This document shows, in pieces, positions 17,616 through 27,755 of a stretch of DNA of 64,000 bases. The stretch's first letter is position 1; each line of letters opens with the position of its first letter. The notes below the pieces were generated by a model that did no database searches, was not told where the DNA came from, and was given only the letters and a program-made list of their open reading frames with translations. The position numbers and the translations under genes were made by a program. The stretch lies in assembly GCA_964558375.1 (NCBI GenBank), contig CAZLCD010000003.1, positions 155 through 64,154 of the forward strand. Reading direction: 5' to 3'. This DNA is from an uncultured Candidatus Saccharibacteria bacterium. GTDB taxonomy: Bacteria; Patescibacteriota; Minisyncoccia; Phycocordibacterales; PALSA-1337.

Positions 17616-18740
17616 ATGCGCAAAATACTCATATTTTCACTGATGTACTATCCAAAATCTGTCGGTGGTGCAGAGGTGGCGATAAAGGAAATTACCGATA
17701 GGATTTCTGAAAAAGAGATCGTTTTTGACATGATTACCCTTAATAGTGGCAATGAGGTTTCTTTCGAAAAGATTGGCAATGTGAATATCTATAGAATATT
17801 AAATGGAAAAGGTTTCATTCAAAAAATGCTCTACCCATTTGTGGCTTTCAAAAAGTCTCTAAGCTTACAGCGCAAAAATAAATATGATGCTATATGGTCA
17901 ATGATGGCAAGTTATGCAGGGTTTGCTGGGATGCTTTTTAAAAAGACAAATAAAAATATTCCTTTTCTTTTGACCTTGCAAGAGGGAGAAAACTTCCGAA
18001 GAAGGGAAGGGGTTTTTAAATTTTTATATAGAAAAATATTTGCTGCTGCCGACAAAATACAAGTCATTTCGAAGTTTCTAGAAGATTGGGCAAGGCATAT
18101 GGGCGCTAGTTGTCCTATAACTATAGTTCCTAATGGTGTTGATTATGAACTTTTTTCAAATAGAAAGTCTGAAGAAGAATTGAATATTTTAAAAAATAAA
18201 TTAAATAAAAAAGCTGATGATATTTTCCTCGTCACTACCTCAAGGCTTGTAGAGAAAAATGCGACAGCTGACGTAATAGATTCTCTAAAGTTTTTACCAG
18301 AAAATGTAAAGTTTCTTATCTTGGGTCAAGGTCATCAAGAAAAAATGTTGAAAGAAAAAGTTACTAGACTTGGCCTTAAAGACCGTGTGATTTTCCTTGG
18401 ATATGTTTCTCATAAAGACTTGCCGCAGTATCTACATATCTCTGATATTTTTGTGCGACCAGCCCTTTCTGAAGGGTTTGGAAATTCATATATCGAGGCT
18501 ATGGCTTCTGGTATCCCTGTAATCGCCACCGAAGTTGGTGGTATTGTGGACTTTCTTAAAGATGGCGAGACTGGACTTTTTTGTGAAGTGAAGAATCCAA
18601 GAAGTATTGCTCAGAAGGTAGAGAAGTTGATTAAAGACCGAGAGTCTCGGGACTATATTATAAAAAATGCAAGGGAGATGGTTCTAGAAAAATATAGATG
18701 GGAAGAGGTGGTGAAGGGGATGGGGGAGGTATTTAAATAG
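17616..18740 (+). CDS. Glycosyltransferase family 4
   Basis: GGAE, PNGVD, SRLVEKN, EGFGNSYIEAMASG. Confidence 0.93.
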   Translation: MRKILIFSLMYYPKSVGGAEVAIKEITDRISEKEIVFDMITLNSGNEVSFEKIGNVNIYRILNGKGFIQKMLYPFVAFKKSLSLQRKNKYDAIWSMMASYAGFAGMLFKKTNKNIPFLLTLQEGENFRRREGVFKFLYRKIFAAADKIQVISKFLEDWARHMGASCPITIVPNGVDYELFSNRKSEEELNILKNKLNKKADDIFLVTTSRLVEKNATADVIDSLKFLPENVKFLILGQGHQEKMLKEKVTRLGLKDRVIFLGYVSHKDLPQYLHISDIFVRPALSEGFGNSYIEAMASGIPVIATEVGGIVDFLKDGETGLFCEVKNPRSIAQKVEKLIKDRESRDYIIKNAREMVLEKYRWEEVVKGMGEVFK

Positions 18741-18743
18741 AAT

Positions 18744-18772
18744 AAAAAATTCCAGCCCGGGAGAGGCTGGAA
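18744..18772 (-). terminator. Intrinsic terminator between convergent genes
   Basis: TTCCAGCC-N7-GGCTGGAA with a T6 run on the minus strand. Confidence 0.7.
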
Positions 18773-18796
18773 GGTGTTAGTTTGGGATGGGCGAGG

Positions 18797-19444
18797 CTAA
18801 TAAGTGAAATTATCAGCAATAGGAATGCCGGAAACTGTAATCCCTTTACAAGTTCCACTCATGGTCGTAGCTACTTCTTCATCATTGATGATTCTGATAG
18901 CTGGTGAAGTGCAAATTTTGTCAAACAACTCCCTGCTCATGACCATGGTGAAGTTGTGGAAGATTCGACGAGCTCCACCTAGTGGTGAGGTTCCTGCTCC
19001 ATCTTTAGGTGGCAACTGCCTCACTGTCCTATCGTAAACAATTCCAATTTTCATAGCTTCTTCCAAGCTCAAAATTGGCAGTATTCCCTTGAGTTCAGTT
19101 CCTGTTAGCTCATCGATCATTTCACTACGAGGGTCAGTGTTAAAATAACCACAATCACGGGTTCCGAAGAATTCAATAGCCCTTTCTGCAATCTCCGGGT
19201 TTTCAACTTTAAACCTCGCATCATGTCCATCCTCTTTGTTTTGGTGAATCTCCTTTGCCATAAAGGTGAGTTTTACGTAATCAATTCCTCTGGTGGTGAG
19301 TTGCGCAGCACCTCCGATAGGTACAAGGAGTCTGTCTCCTTTTTCCCAGGCTCCTGAATTGAAAATGCCTAAGCGATACCTCTCTTCAGTCCCAATTATA
19401 GAAACAAACGGAGCTAATAATCCACAAGATACTCTATATGCCAT
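18797..19444 (-). CDS. Hypothetical protein resembling the SMODS-associated NUDIX domain
   Basis: RVSC, PIGGA, DARF, EFF, DPRSEMIDEL in the order seen in that family; own TTGACA-N17-TAGTAT promoter near 19518-19546; start moved to ATG 19444. Confidence 0.5.
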   Translation of the reverse strand: MAYRVSCGLLAPFVSIIGTEERYRLGIFNSGAWEKGDRLLVPIGGAAQLTTRGIDYVKLTFMAKEIHQNKEDGHDARFKVENPEIAERAIEFFGTRDCGYFNTDPRSEMIDELTGTELKGILPILSLEEAMKIGIVYDRTVRQLPPKDGAGTSPLGGARRIFHNFTMVMSRELFDKICTSPAIRIINDEEVATTMSGTCKGITVSGIPIADNFTY

Positions 19445-19586
19445 ACTAATAAGCTTTCTCTTTCGATCGTTAAAGGTGTGAAGAACGATAACCACGCTTG
19501 GTCACCACTCTATTTTTTATACTAAATGCTTTTTAAGCATCTGTCAAGGTTACGACAATTAAGTCTAGGGTTATAATCATCCTCAT

Positions 19587-20363
19587 ATGAACAAGAACCG
19601 CCACTCATTCACCCTTGCAACCATAGTCTCTGCCGGAGAATTACTTTTAAAAGAAAGAGATAAAAATTTCACCACCTCCTCAAAAGAAGGTGACTATCGC
19701 AATCTAGTTACCTCGGTAGATATTATTGTTGATGACTTTATAAAAAAGTCTATAAAATCTTCTTTTCCAGATGACCAAATATATTCCGAAGAATCGACGG
19801 AGAACGTGGCAACTTTAAATTCTTTCTGGTCTATTGACCCTATCGATGGAACTTCAAACTTTGCTAGAGGCATTCCTCATTTTGCTGTATGTCTTGCTTA
19901 TATAGAAAATGGCGCGGCGGTGTCTGGAGCTGTCTATAATCCTGTCACTAAAGAGCTTTATAGTTTTGAAAAAGGCAAAGGGGCCAAGCTCAATGGAAAT
20001 AAAATTGAAGTATCTAAAGTTAATCTTTTAAAAGAAGCCTATGTTTTATTGCATATCGGTCGCAAAGAATCTCTTAGGGATTGGGGTTTGAATCTACAAA
20101 GAAAGTTTTTGGGTGAAGCAAAGAAAACTATAAACCTCGGTTCATCTGCGCTTGATCTATGCTTTGTGGCTTCAGGAAAAGTCGATGCTACTATATACGG
20201 AACTCTCACCACTCTAGACTGCGCATCAGCTATTGGTATTGTTCGTGAGGCTTTGGGTGAGGTTTATGATTCTTCTGGACAGATGATCAAGCTTGATAAA
20301 AATCCACAGAAGATTTTTGCTACTTCAAATAAGGACTTATTTGATCAAATAGTTAAGCTTTAG
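19587..20363 (+). CDS. Inositol monophosphatase family protein (SuhB-like)
   Basis: LVTSVD, SEES, WSIDPIDGTSNF, GSSALDLCFVASG. Confidence 0.92.
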   Translation: MNKNRHSFTLATIVSAGELLLKERDKNFTTSSKEGDYRNLVTSVDIIVDDFIKKSIKSSFPDDQIYSEESTENVATLNSFWSIDPIDGTSNFARGIPHFAVCLAYIENGAAVSGAVYNPVTKELYSFEKGKGAKLNGNKIEVSKVNLLKEAYVLLHIGRKESLRDWGLNLQRKFLGEAKKTINLGSSALDLCFVASGKVDATIYGTLTTLDCASAIGIVREALGEVYDSSGQMIKLDKNPQKIFATSNKDLFDQIVKL

Positions 20364-21390
20364 CAAATTCTCTTTGTCGACTTTTTTCTTCTTCCGAGCG
20401 TAAAGTATTTCTTTCTTTTATATAAGAAGAAATAAAATTTCTGTCCAACTGTTCCTCATTTAAGATCGATTCAAGAATTTTATGCCATAGATCTATCCTT
20501 GACTCGGTAAGTGTACGTAGATCACCAGAAGTCTTCGGAAGAGATTGTGCATAAAACGAAAGTAGAAAACCGATTTTATATATACGCATGATTTTTAGAC
20601 TAAGGTATTCTTCTTTACTACGATTTTCTAAAATATATTGGCTAAGAGCTTTTTCGATATCTGGATTATGGATTATCATATAATTTAAGAAGCGTGCCCA
20701 GCCCTCGTATTTGTTACCAAACTGCACCGCTGAACAATCAAGCATATAAAGCGATTGATTTTTTATTCTAAAGTTATGTGGGACAAAGTCGCTATGGGTT
20801 AGATAGTTGGTGTATTTATCAATTAAGGCCTTATTTGATTTGATTAACTCCAATGATCGGGTATGAATTTCTTTATTCATAGAGAAGTCTCTAAAAGACT
20901 CTATGTATTTTTTTGAATTCCAAATTGGAAATGTCTTCTCTATAGATTTTATATGTTCAAATGTTGTAGCATGAAAGTTTTCTTGAGCTTCAAAAGCTTT
21001 GAGAGCAATGAAAAATTGTTCTTCTAACGCATGATCCACAAAAACTTTTTCTTGTGTAATGAAGAGGGTGATAAAGATCAGATAATTTTCCCGAACACCA
21101 TAATATAATTCTTGAGGAAAAGAAATACTGTCATCTGCAAAAGAGAGTGATTTTAATAAATCTCGAGATTTCTTCTCATTTTCAATCTCTATTTTGCCGT
21201 GAGGATGATTGGCAATTTTAATTATAACTTTAGCTTTATCTGAGAGTCTATTTCCAACAAGAACTAGTTTGTTCTTGGTCATGAGATAACGCTCTCCACC
21301 TATGTGAAGTTGATCTTTGTCCAAAGAAAATCCAAGCCCCGCAATGATTCCTCTGATATTTTCAAGGTCTATAGTGATTGATTTTGTCAT
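20353..21390 (-). CDS. APH/choline-kinase-like phosphotransferase
   Basis: VIIK, THSDFVPHN (Brenner-like motif), MLDCS. Confidence 0.7.
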   Translation of the reverse strand: MTKSITIDLENIRGIIAGLGFSLDKDQLHIGGERYLMTKNKLVLVGNRLSDKAKVIIKIANHPHGKIEIENEKKSRDLLKSLSFADDSISFPQELYYGVRENYLIFITLFITQEKVFVDHALEEQFFIALKAFEAQENFHATTFEHIKSIEKTFPIWNSKKYIESFRDFSMNKEIHTRSLELIKSNKALIDKYTNYLTHSDFVPHNFRIKNQSLYMLDCSAVQFGNKYEGWARFLNYMIIHNPDIEKALSQYILENRSKEEYLSLKIMRIYKIGFLLSFYAQSLPKTSGDLRTLTESRIDLWHKILESILNEEQLDRNFISSYIKERNTLRSEEEKSRQREFAKA

Positions 21391-21451
21391 TTTTTTATTC
21401 TACAATAATAACACTTTTTAACCAACTAATAGCTATATTAACCAATACAAT

Positions 21452-22405
21452 ATGAATACTGTTATTTTAACCGGAGGTGCTGGATTCATCGGATCGAATC
21501 TTATTCCAAAGCTTTTGAACAAAGGCTATAAGGTTATCTGTGTAGATAATTTTGACGATACTTATGATCCAGGTATAAAAGAAAAAAATATATCGATTTT
21601 TAAGGATAATCCTAATTTTGTTTTGGAGAGAGTGGATATTCGCGACATCGATAAGTTGAAAAAAGTTTTTGAAAATAATAAACCTAAGTTCGTGGTCCAT
21701 CTAGCCGCAAAGGCCGACACTCGCGATGCTGTAGATAATCCTTTCATCTATACTTCTATAAACATAGACGGCACTCTAAACGTTCTTGAATGTGCCAGAA
21801 TTTTTGCTATAGAAAATATCGCTCTAGCCTCATCTTCTTCTGTGTATGGCAATACAGAAGCTGTACCATGGAGCGAAAATGAAACCGCTGACAAGCCTCT
21901 TTCTCCATACGGTGCTACAAAAAGAGCTGTTGAACTTATGGCCTATACCTATCATCACAATTTCAAAATGAACATTACATGCCTGCGTTATTTTAATGCT
22001 TATGGAGAAAATAACAGACCAAACATGGTGCCTTATAAATGGGCCGATCTACTGCTTCATGATAAAGAAATAGAAATTTCTGGAGATGGAAGTCGTAAGC
22101 GAGACTATACTTATGTCGGGGATATTGCAGATGCTACATTGCTTGCTATGGAAAAACCATTAGGTTTTGAGATTCTAAATATCGGTAACAAAAACCCAAT
22201 TTCTCTAAATGAACTTCTGGCTGTTTTTGAAAAAATTATTGGTGTCAAGGCTAAGGTTGTTTCTAGAAAAAGTAATTCGGCAAGTGTAGAAATAACTTAT
22301 GCTGATATTGCCAAAGCTAAAAATTTGCTCAATTGGGAACCAAAGGTTTCTCTCGAAGAGGGGATAGGGAAGTTAGTGAAGTGGTTTCGTGACAACAGAC
22401 TCTAA
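21452..22405 (+). CDS. NAD-dependent sugar epimerase (UDP-glucuronate 4-epimerase-like)
   Basis: TGGAGFIG, HLAAKA, ASSSSVYG, PLSPYGATK, RPNM. Confidence 0.9.
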   Translation: MNTVILTGGAGFIGSNLIPKLLNKGYKVICVDNFDDTYDPGIKEKNISIFKDNPNFVLERVDIRDIDKLKKVFENNKPKFVVHLAAKADTRDAVDNPFIYTSINIDGTLNVLECARIFAIENIALASSSSVYGNTEAVPWSENETADKPLSPYGATKRAVELMAYTYHHNFKMNITCLRYFNAYGENNRPNMVPYKWADLLLHDKEIEISGDGSRKRDYTYVGDIADATLLAMEKPLGFEILNIGNKNPISLNELLAVFEKIIGVKAKVVSRKSNSASVEITYADIAKAKNLLNWEPKVSLEEGIGKLVKWFRDNRL

Positions 22406-23524
22406 AATTTTCTCTAGGTTTTCTATATGGGCCTCCCAAGAGAATTTGGTTTTTAAAAGGTCCACTCCGTTATGTACAAGTTTTTCTTGCAAAGTTTTAT
22501 CTGTAAGTAGACGCAAGATGGCCTCAGCAAGGCCTTTTTCATCACCTGGTTCTACTAGTAATCCAGTCTTCTCATGATATATAGCTTCATTGGTACCACT
22601 TATATTTGTAGCGACTACGGGTATCATAGCTGCAAAACTTGTAAGAACTACATGTGGCAATCCTTCATATGTGGAATTTAAAACATAAACAGATGATTTC
22701 TTTCTCAATTGCCATGTCTCTGCACGTGAGACATTACCCTTAAATACTACATTATCAATAACTCCAAGTTCGCGGGCGAGATTTTGTAAATTTTCTAATT
22801 CTGGACCTTCTCCAGCGACTATGAGTTTGATATTAGGAATTTTTTCTTTAAGAATTGCTACGGCTTTTATAATGCCATCTATACCTTTCCATACTACCAA
22901 TCTGGCTGTTGTGACTATTTGATTCTCTACTTTCTCTACGTTGAAAGGTAAAATCTCAGAATTTTCTGAGGCATTGTAATTTACGACTACTTTTTCTCTT
23001 GGTACTTTGTATGCCTTAATAATTTCCTCTCCGAGATAGGCTGATGGGGTAGTGACAATAGAAGCACGACGTAATACAAAACCTTGTATCCACATCATTG
23101 TTTTTATTTTGATCCCGCCATCCGGGTTTTTTAAAAATTCCTCAAGTCTCTTTTCTGTTAGTCTGCGCTGCGCCGCTCTTTCCCAAGCTTCATCTCCTAC
23201 AAATTTTAAAATAAATGGCACATGAAAAATACTACAAGCTATAGCTGTAGGTAAGCCAGCTGCCATGGCGTTCTGAACATAGACAATATCAAAACCCCTT
23301 ACTACTTTTAAAAGTTCAATTGTATATTTTAATAATCTTTTTATCAGAGCCTGATTTTTTTCAACTACTATAAGTTTGGTACCGACGAATGGTTCCTGCT
23401 TATGGGTGTAGGCAGTAACAGTTATTTCATGTTTTGTGTGAAGTCGCTCACATAGTTCTTTGATATAGGTCGCAGGCCCGCCAATTTCTGGTGGATAGAT
23501 CGGTGTTGCTAGAAGAATTTTCAT
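22373..23524 (-). CDS. Glycosyltransferase family 4
   Basis: YPPEIGGPATY, ARLVVWKG, EGLPHVVL; start moved to ATG 23524. Confidence 0.92.
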   Translation of the reverse strand: MKILLATPIYPPEIGGPATYIKELCERLHTKHEITVTAYTHKQEPFVGTKLIVVEKNQALIKRLLKYTIELLKVVRGFDIVYVQNAMAAGLPTAIACSIFHVPFILKFVGDEAWERAAQRRLTEKRLEEFLKNPDGGIKIKTMMWIQGFVLRRASIVTTPSAYLGEEIIKAYKVPREKVVVNYNASENSEILPFNVEKVENQIVTTARLVVWKGIDGIIKAVAILKEKIPNIKLIVAGEGPELENLQNLARELGVIDNVVFKGNVSRAETWQLRKKSSVYVLNSTYEGLPHVVLTSFAAMIPVVATNISGTNEAIYHEKTGLLVEPGDEKGLAEAILRLLTDKTLQEKLVHNGVDLLKTKFSWEAHIENLEKILESVVTKPLH

Positions 23525-23586
23525 AATTTTCGATAATAACACAATTATATATCTTTGTGATAGTATGTACAAATAACCCATAGTCT

Positions 23587-24606
23587 ATGAAAATCCTCAT
23601 TTCTACAGGTATATACCCTCCCGATATAGGCGGATCAGCTCAATATGCTCGTAATCTATATGAGACATGGAAAGCTGAGGGTCATGAAGTGAAAGTGGCT
23701 GCATACAGATGGGAGAGAGCCTTTCCCAATTTTGCTAGGCATTTTCTTTTTTTTACAAAAATCATTCGCAAAGGTTGGAATGCCGATATGATACTCGTTC
23801 TCGATACTTGGAGTGCTGCGGTGCCTACTATGTATGCCTGTGCTTTGATGAGAAAGAAATACATTATAAGAACCGGTGGAGATTTCCTCTGGGAAACTTA
23901 TGTTGAAAGAACTGGAGATCTTGTCCTATTTAAAGATTTTTATAATACTCGCCTCAATAAACTTTCAAAAAAAGAAAGAGTTATTTTTAAGTTAGGTGGA
24001 GAATCTTTGCGTAAGGCTTCAAAGGTAATCTACAGTACAGAATGGCAAAGAAAGATTTTTGAAAAAGTCTATAAGCTTGATAAAAACAAAAGTGTAATTG
24101 TTGAGAATTATTGTGGTGAAAGGGAAGAACCTGTGGAACCAGAGGGAAGAGTTTTTCTTGCTGGAACTCGCAATCTCAAATGGAAAAATGTCGAAGCTCT
24201 CAAAGAGGCTTTCAAACTTGCGCAGAGTGAAGTAAATAAAAGGGGACTATTACCAATAGAATTCGATACCACCAAGGCTATATATGATAATTTTCAAGAT
24301 AGAATGAGAAGGGCATATGCCGTAATTCTTACATCTCTTGGAGATATTAGCCCCAATATGATTTTGGACGCTATACGTCTTGGTGTGCCTTTTATTTTAA
24401 CCAAAGAAACTGGCATAGCAGACAAAATAAAAGACTGTGCAATCTTTGTCGATCCTTTGAATGAAAGAGATATTGTAGAGAAAATACTCTGGATATCTGA
24501 TCCTAAAAACCGCGCTTCGCAGGCGGAAAAAGTAAAAAGATTTAATTGGGTGCATAGTTGGAAGGATATCGGTAAAGAGATAATTGATATACATGGACGA
24601 AAATAA
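23587..24606 (+). CDS. Glycosyltransferase family 4 (divergent)
   Basis: YPPDIGGSAQY, R..KWKN, DISPNMILDAIRLGVP. Confidence 0.85.
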   Translation: MKILISTGIYPPDIGGSAQYARNLYETWKAEGHEVKVAAYRWERAFPNFARHFLFFTKIIRKGWNADMILVLDTWSAAVPTMYACALMRKKYIIRTGGDFLWETYVERTGDLVLFKDFYNTRLNKLSKKERVIFKLGGESLRKASKVIYSTEWQRKIFEKVYKLDKNKSVIVENYCGEREEPVEPEGRVFLAGTRNLKWKNVEALKEAFKLAQSEVNKRGLLPIEFDTTKAIYDNFQDRMRRAYAVILTSLGDISPNMILDAIRLGVPFILTKETGIADKIKDCAIFVDPLNERDIVEKILWISDPKNRASQAEKVKRFNWVHSWKDIGKEIIDIHGRK

Positions 24607-25717
24607 TAATAAAAAAGTATTAGAAAATTTTAATACTGAATATAAAGATTATAACGATTATACAGCGATAATGATTTCGACTGATCGAGCAATTTTTATT
24701 GAAACAAGTGCAGTGCGTGCAAGGATGATCGAATATTCTAAGCTTTACAAAGAACTACATATTATTGTTTTCTCTACAAATAATTTTGAGACCGTAAATC
24801 TTTCTGAAAACTGCAAGATCTATTCTACAAATTCTCTTACCAAGCTTGATTATATAAGAGGTGCTTATAATGTCGGCAAAGAAATTTTAAAAAATATCCC
24901 AGTGGGTGAGAAGGTTTTGTTTACCTGTCAGGATCCATTTGAGACGGGATTGGTTGGAGCAAAACTATCTTCGATTAGGAATGGTTCAGAATTATTGTTA
25001 CAAATTCACACGGATTTATTTAGTCCATATTTTGGTTCTTTGAAAATAGGCTTTAAAAACTTTATATTAAATAATCTTCGACTTTTTATTTCCAGATTTA
25101 CTTTACCCAGAGCAAATACTATTCGTGTTGTTTCAAAAAAGATTGCAGATTCTTTGGAAAAGCGAGGCTTCTCAATTGAAAAAATAATTGTAAAACCGAT
25201 CGAAGTAAATGTTGATTTTTTTAAAAATAGCGTCCCCGCCTTTTCTTTGAAAGAAAAATTTCCTCAATTTAAAAAGATAGTGCTTATGGTTTCGCGACTA
25301 GAAACTGAGAAGAATATTGATATGGCTATAAGGGCGGTGGCTAAAGTTATAGAACAAAGAAAAAGTCAGGCTGATGGACAGGTAAATGGCCGGGGCCATG
25401 GGCAAAATAGCGACCTAGGACTGGTCATTGTAGGCTCTGGCAAAGAGATGCAAAAGCTCAAAAAACTAGCCTATACACTCAAAATTGAGGCTCAAGTGGC
25501 CTTTGAAGGCTTCCAAAGTGACCTTATTCCTTATTATAAAGGTTGTGATATATTTCTAGTAACTTCTTGGTATGAAGGTTATGGTATGGTTTTTAAAGAG
25601 GCTCAAGCCGCAGGGTGTAGAATCATTTCTACTGATGTGGGGATTGCCCGCGAAGTTGGAGTAGAGATTGTGGGGTGGGAGGTTGAAGATATTGTAGAGG
25701 TACTTAATGAAATTTGA
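24593..25717 (+). CDS. Glycosyltransferase family 4
   Basis: QDPFETG, SRLETEKN, YEGYGMVFKEAQAAG. Confidence 0.9.
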   Translation: MDENNNKKVLENFNTEYKDYNDYTAIMISTDRAIFIETSAVRARMIEYSKLYKELHIIVFSTNNFETVNLSENCKIYSTNSLTKLDYIRGAYNVGKEILKNIPVGEKVLFTCQDPFETGLVGAKLSSIRNGSELLLQIHTDLFSPYFGSLKIGFKNFILNNLRLFISRFTLPRANTIRVVSKKIADSLEKRGFSIEKIIVKPIEVNVDFFKNSVPAFSLKEKFPQFKKIVLMVSRLETEKNIDMAIRAVAKVIEQRKSQADGQVNGRGHGQNSDLGLVIVGSGKEMQKLKKLAYTLKIEAQVAFEGFQSDLIPYYKGCDIFLVTSWYEGYGMVFKEAQAAGCRIISTDVGIAREVGVEIVGWEVEDIVEVLNEI

Positions 25718-26681
25718 GATGAAAGAGAAAATTAATTTAAAAGGTAAAAAAATAGTTATTACTGGAGGCGCGGGATTTATTGGGTCTCATATTGCCGATG
25801 CGCTTTTATCTGAAGATGCTCAAGTGATAATTGTTGATATAAAAAAGGAAAATCAATTAGATTCAATTGCTCACATAAAAGATAAAATTGAATATCATAA
25901 TGTAAGTATTGTTGATACAGCAAAGCTCACGGATATTTTTAAAGGTGCATATGCAGTCTTGCATCAAGCAGCTTTACCATCTGTACCTAGAAGTATTGAA
26001 TTTCCACTGGAGACTCAAAATATAAACTCGACAGGAACCATCAGTGTTTTTGTGGCAGCAAAAGATGCTGGAGTAGAAAGACTAGTATATGCATCATCAA
26101 GTTCTGTGTATGGTAATACCCCTGTTCTTCCAAAAGTTGAAACGATGATACCTGACCCTCTATCACCTTATGCTGCTCAGAAACTTACAAATGAATTATA
26201 TGGAAAGATTTTTTATACAATCTTTGGATTAAAAACAATTGGTCTCAGATATTTTAATGTTTTTGGACCAAGACAAAATCCTGATTCAGAATACGCTGCG
26301 GTTATACCCAAATTTATAAAACTTATGAAGAATGGTCATCAGCCTACTATATTTGGAGATGGAGAAAACTTCAGAGATTTTACTCATGTTAAAAATGTGG
26401 CCGATGCTAATATTTCCGCACTCAAGGCTGACTCAGGTTTCGGTGAAGTATTTAACATTTCTTGTGGTGAGCCAATCTCATTAAATTGTCTCGCTTCTCA
26501 GATTAACAGTATATTGTCTAAAACAATTGAATCTAATCATCTACCTCTTCGTAAGGGTGACATTAAAGATAGTTTCGCGGATATAAATAAAGCTAAAGAA
26601 ATTCTAGGTTATAAACCAACTATCTATTTTAATGATGGATTAAATTTAACTGTAAAGTGGTTTTTGGAAGGAGGTTTCTAA
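25707..26681 (+). CDS. NAD-dependent epimerase (UDP-GlcNAc 4-epimerase, WbpP-like)
   Basis: TGGAGFIGS, HQAALPSVPRS, PLSPYAAQK, RYFNVFGPRQ, YAAVIP. Confidence 0.9.
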   Translation: MKFEMKEKINLKGKKIVITGGAGFIGSHIADALLSEDAQVIIVDIKKENQLDSIAHIKDKIEYHNVSIVDTAKLTDIFKGAYAVLHQAALPSVPRSIEFPLETQNINSTGTISVFVAAKDAGVERLVYASSSSVYGNTPVLPKVETMIPDPLSPYAAQKLTNELYGKIFYTIFGLKTIGLRYFNVFGPRQNPDSEYAAVIPKFIKLMKNGHQPTIFGDGENFRDFTHVKNVADANISALKADSGFGEVFNISCGEPISLNCLASQINSILSKTIESNHLPLRKGDIKDSFADINKAKEILGYKPTIYFNDGLNLTVKWFLEGGF

Positions 26682-26719
26682 ATTTGATTAAAACCCTCTT
26701 TTCTGTATAATGGACAAAT

Positions 26720-27742
26720 ATGAAAAAAGCCCTAATCACTGGTATTACTGGCCAAGATGGTTCCTATTTAGCTGAATTTCTCTTAAAGAAAGGATATGAG
26801 GTTTATGGCCTTGTGAGAAGAACCAGCAATGATCCTTTTGCTCGTTTCGACTACCCAAATATAAAGATACATAAAATTGATGGGAACTTGAGAGATCTTG
26901 GAACAGTGCGTAGAGCGATGGAAGAAGTCGTTCCTGATGAAATTTACAATCTTGCTGCGCAGTCTCACGTAGGAGTTTCTTTCAATTGTGCTGAAGAAAC
27001 AGAAGATATTAATTATTATGGAGTAGGTAGAGTTGTAAATGAAGCTATCAGGGTTAACCCAAAAGTAAAAATTTATCAAGCATCAACTAGTGAAATGTTT
27101 GGCTCTAGTAAACCTCCGCAGAATGAAAAAACTGAGTTTAATCCAGTTAGTCCTTATGCAGATGCAAAAAGACGAGCCCATGATGATTTTGTGGTGAATA
27201 TTAGAGATAAAGGATACTTTATCTGCTCTGGAATACTTTTTAACCATGAATCTCCAAGAAGAGGAGCACAATTTGTAACAAGAAAGATCACGATTTCTTT
27301 GGCTAAGATAAAATTAGGATTACAGGATTGTTTAGAATTAGGTAATCTTGATGCAAAAAGAGATTGGGGTTTTGCGGGAGACTATGTAGAGATTATGTGG
27401 AAAATGCTTCAACAAAAACAACCCAAGGACTATGTTATTGCTACCGGAGAGTCTCACACTGTAAGAGATTTCGTCAATGCTTCCGCAGAAGTTTTGGGTA
27501 TAAAAATAAAATGGTCTGGAAAAGGTGAAAAAGAAATAGGTAAAGATGAAGATGGTAAAGTCATTGTTAAAGTAAATCCCAAATTCTACCGTCCTGCAGA
27601 AGTAAATTATCTTTGTGGAGATCCTTCAAAAGCAAAGAAAGATTTAAATTGGAAGCCAAAGGTAACTTTTAAAGAATTAGTCAAAATGATGGTTGAGCAT
27701 GACCTAACTGTTTTTAGTTTTCATAAACAACATCAGAAGTAA
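26720..27742 (+). CDS. gmd: GDP-mannose 4,6-dehydratase
   Basis: ALITGITGQDGSYLAE, NLAAQSHV, QASTSE, GILFNHESPRRG, LGNLDAKRDWG. Confidence 0.96.
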   Translation: MKKALITGITGQDGSYLAEFLLKKGYEVYGLVRRTSNDPFARFDYPNIKIHKIDGNLRDLGTVRRAMEEVVPDEIYNLAAQSHVGVSFNCAEETEDINYYGVGRVVNEAIRVNPKVKIYQASTSEMFGSSKPPQNEKTEFNPVSPYADAKRRAHDDFVVNIRDKGYFICSGILFNHESPRRGAQFVTRKITISLAKIKLGLQDCLELGNLDAKRDWGFAGDYVEIMWKMLQQKQPKDYVIATGESHTVRDFVNASAEVLGIKIKWSGKGEKEIGKDEDGKVIVKVNPKFYRPAEVNYLCGDPSKAKKDLNWKPKVTFKELVKMMVEHDLTVFSFHKQHQK

Positions 27743-27755
27743 TTGGTTTAATTTT

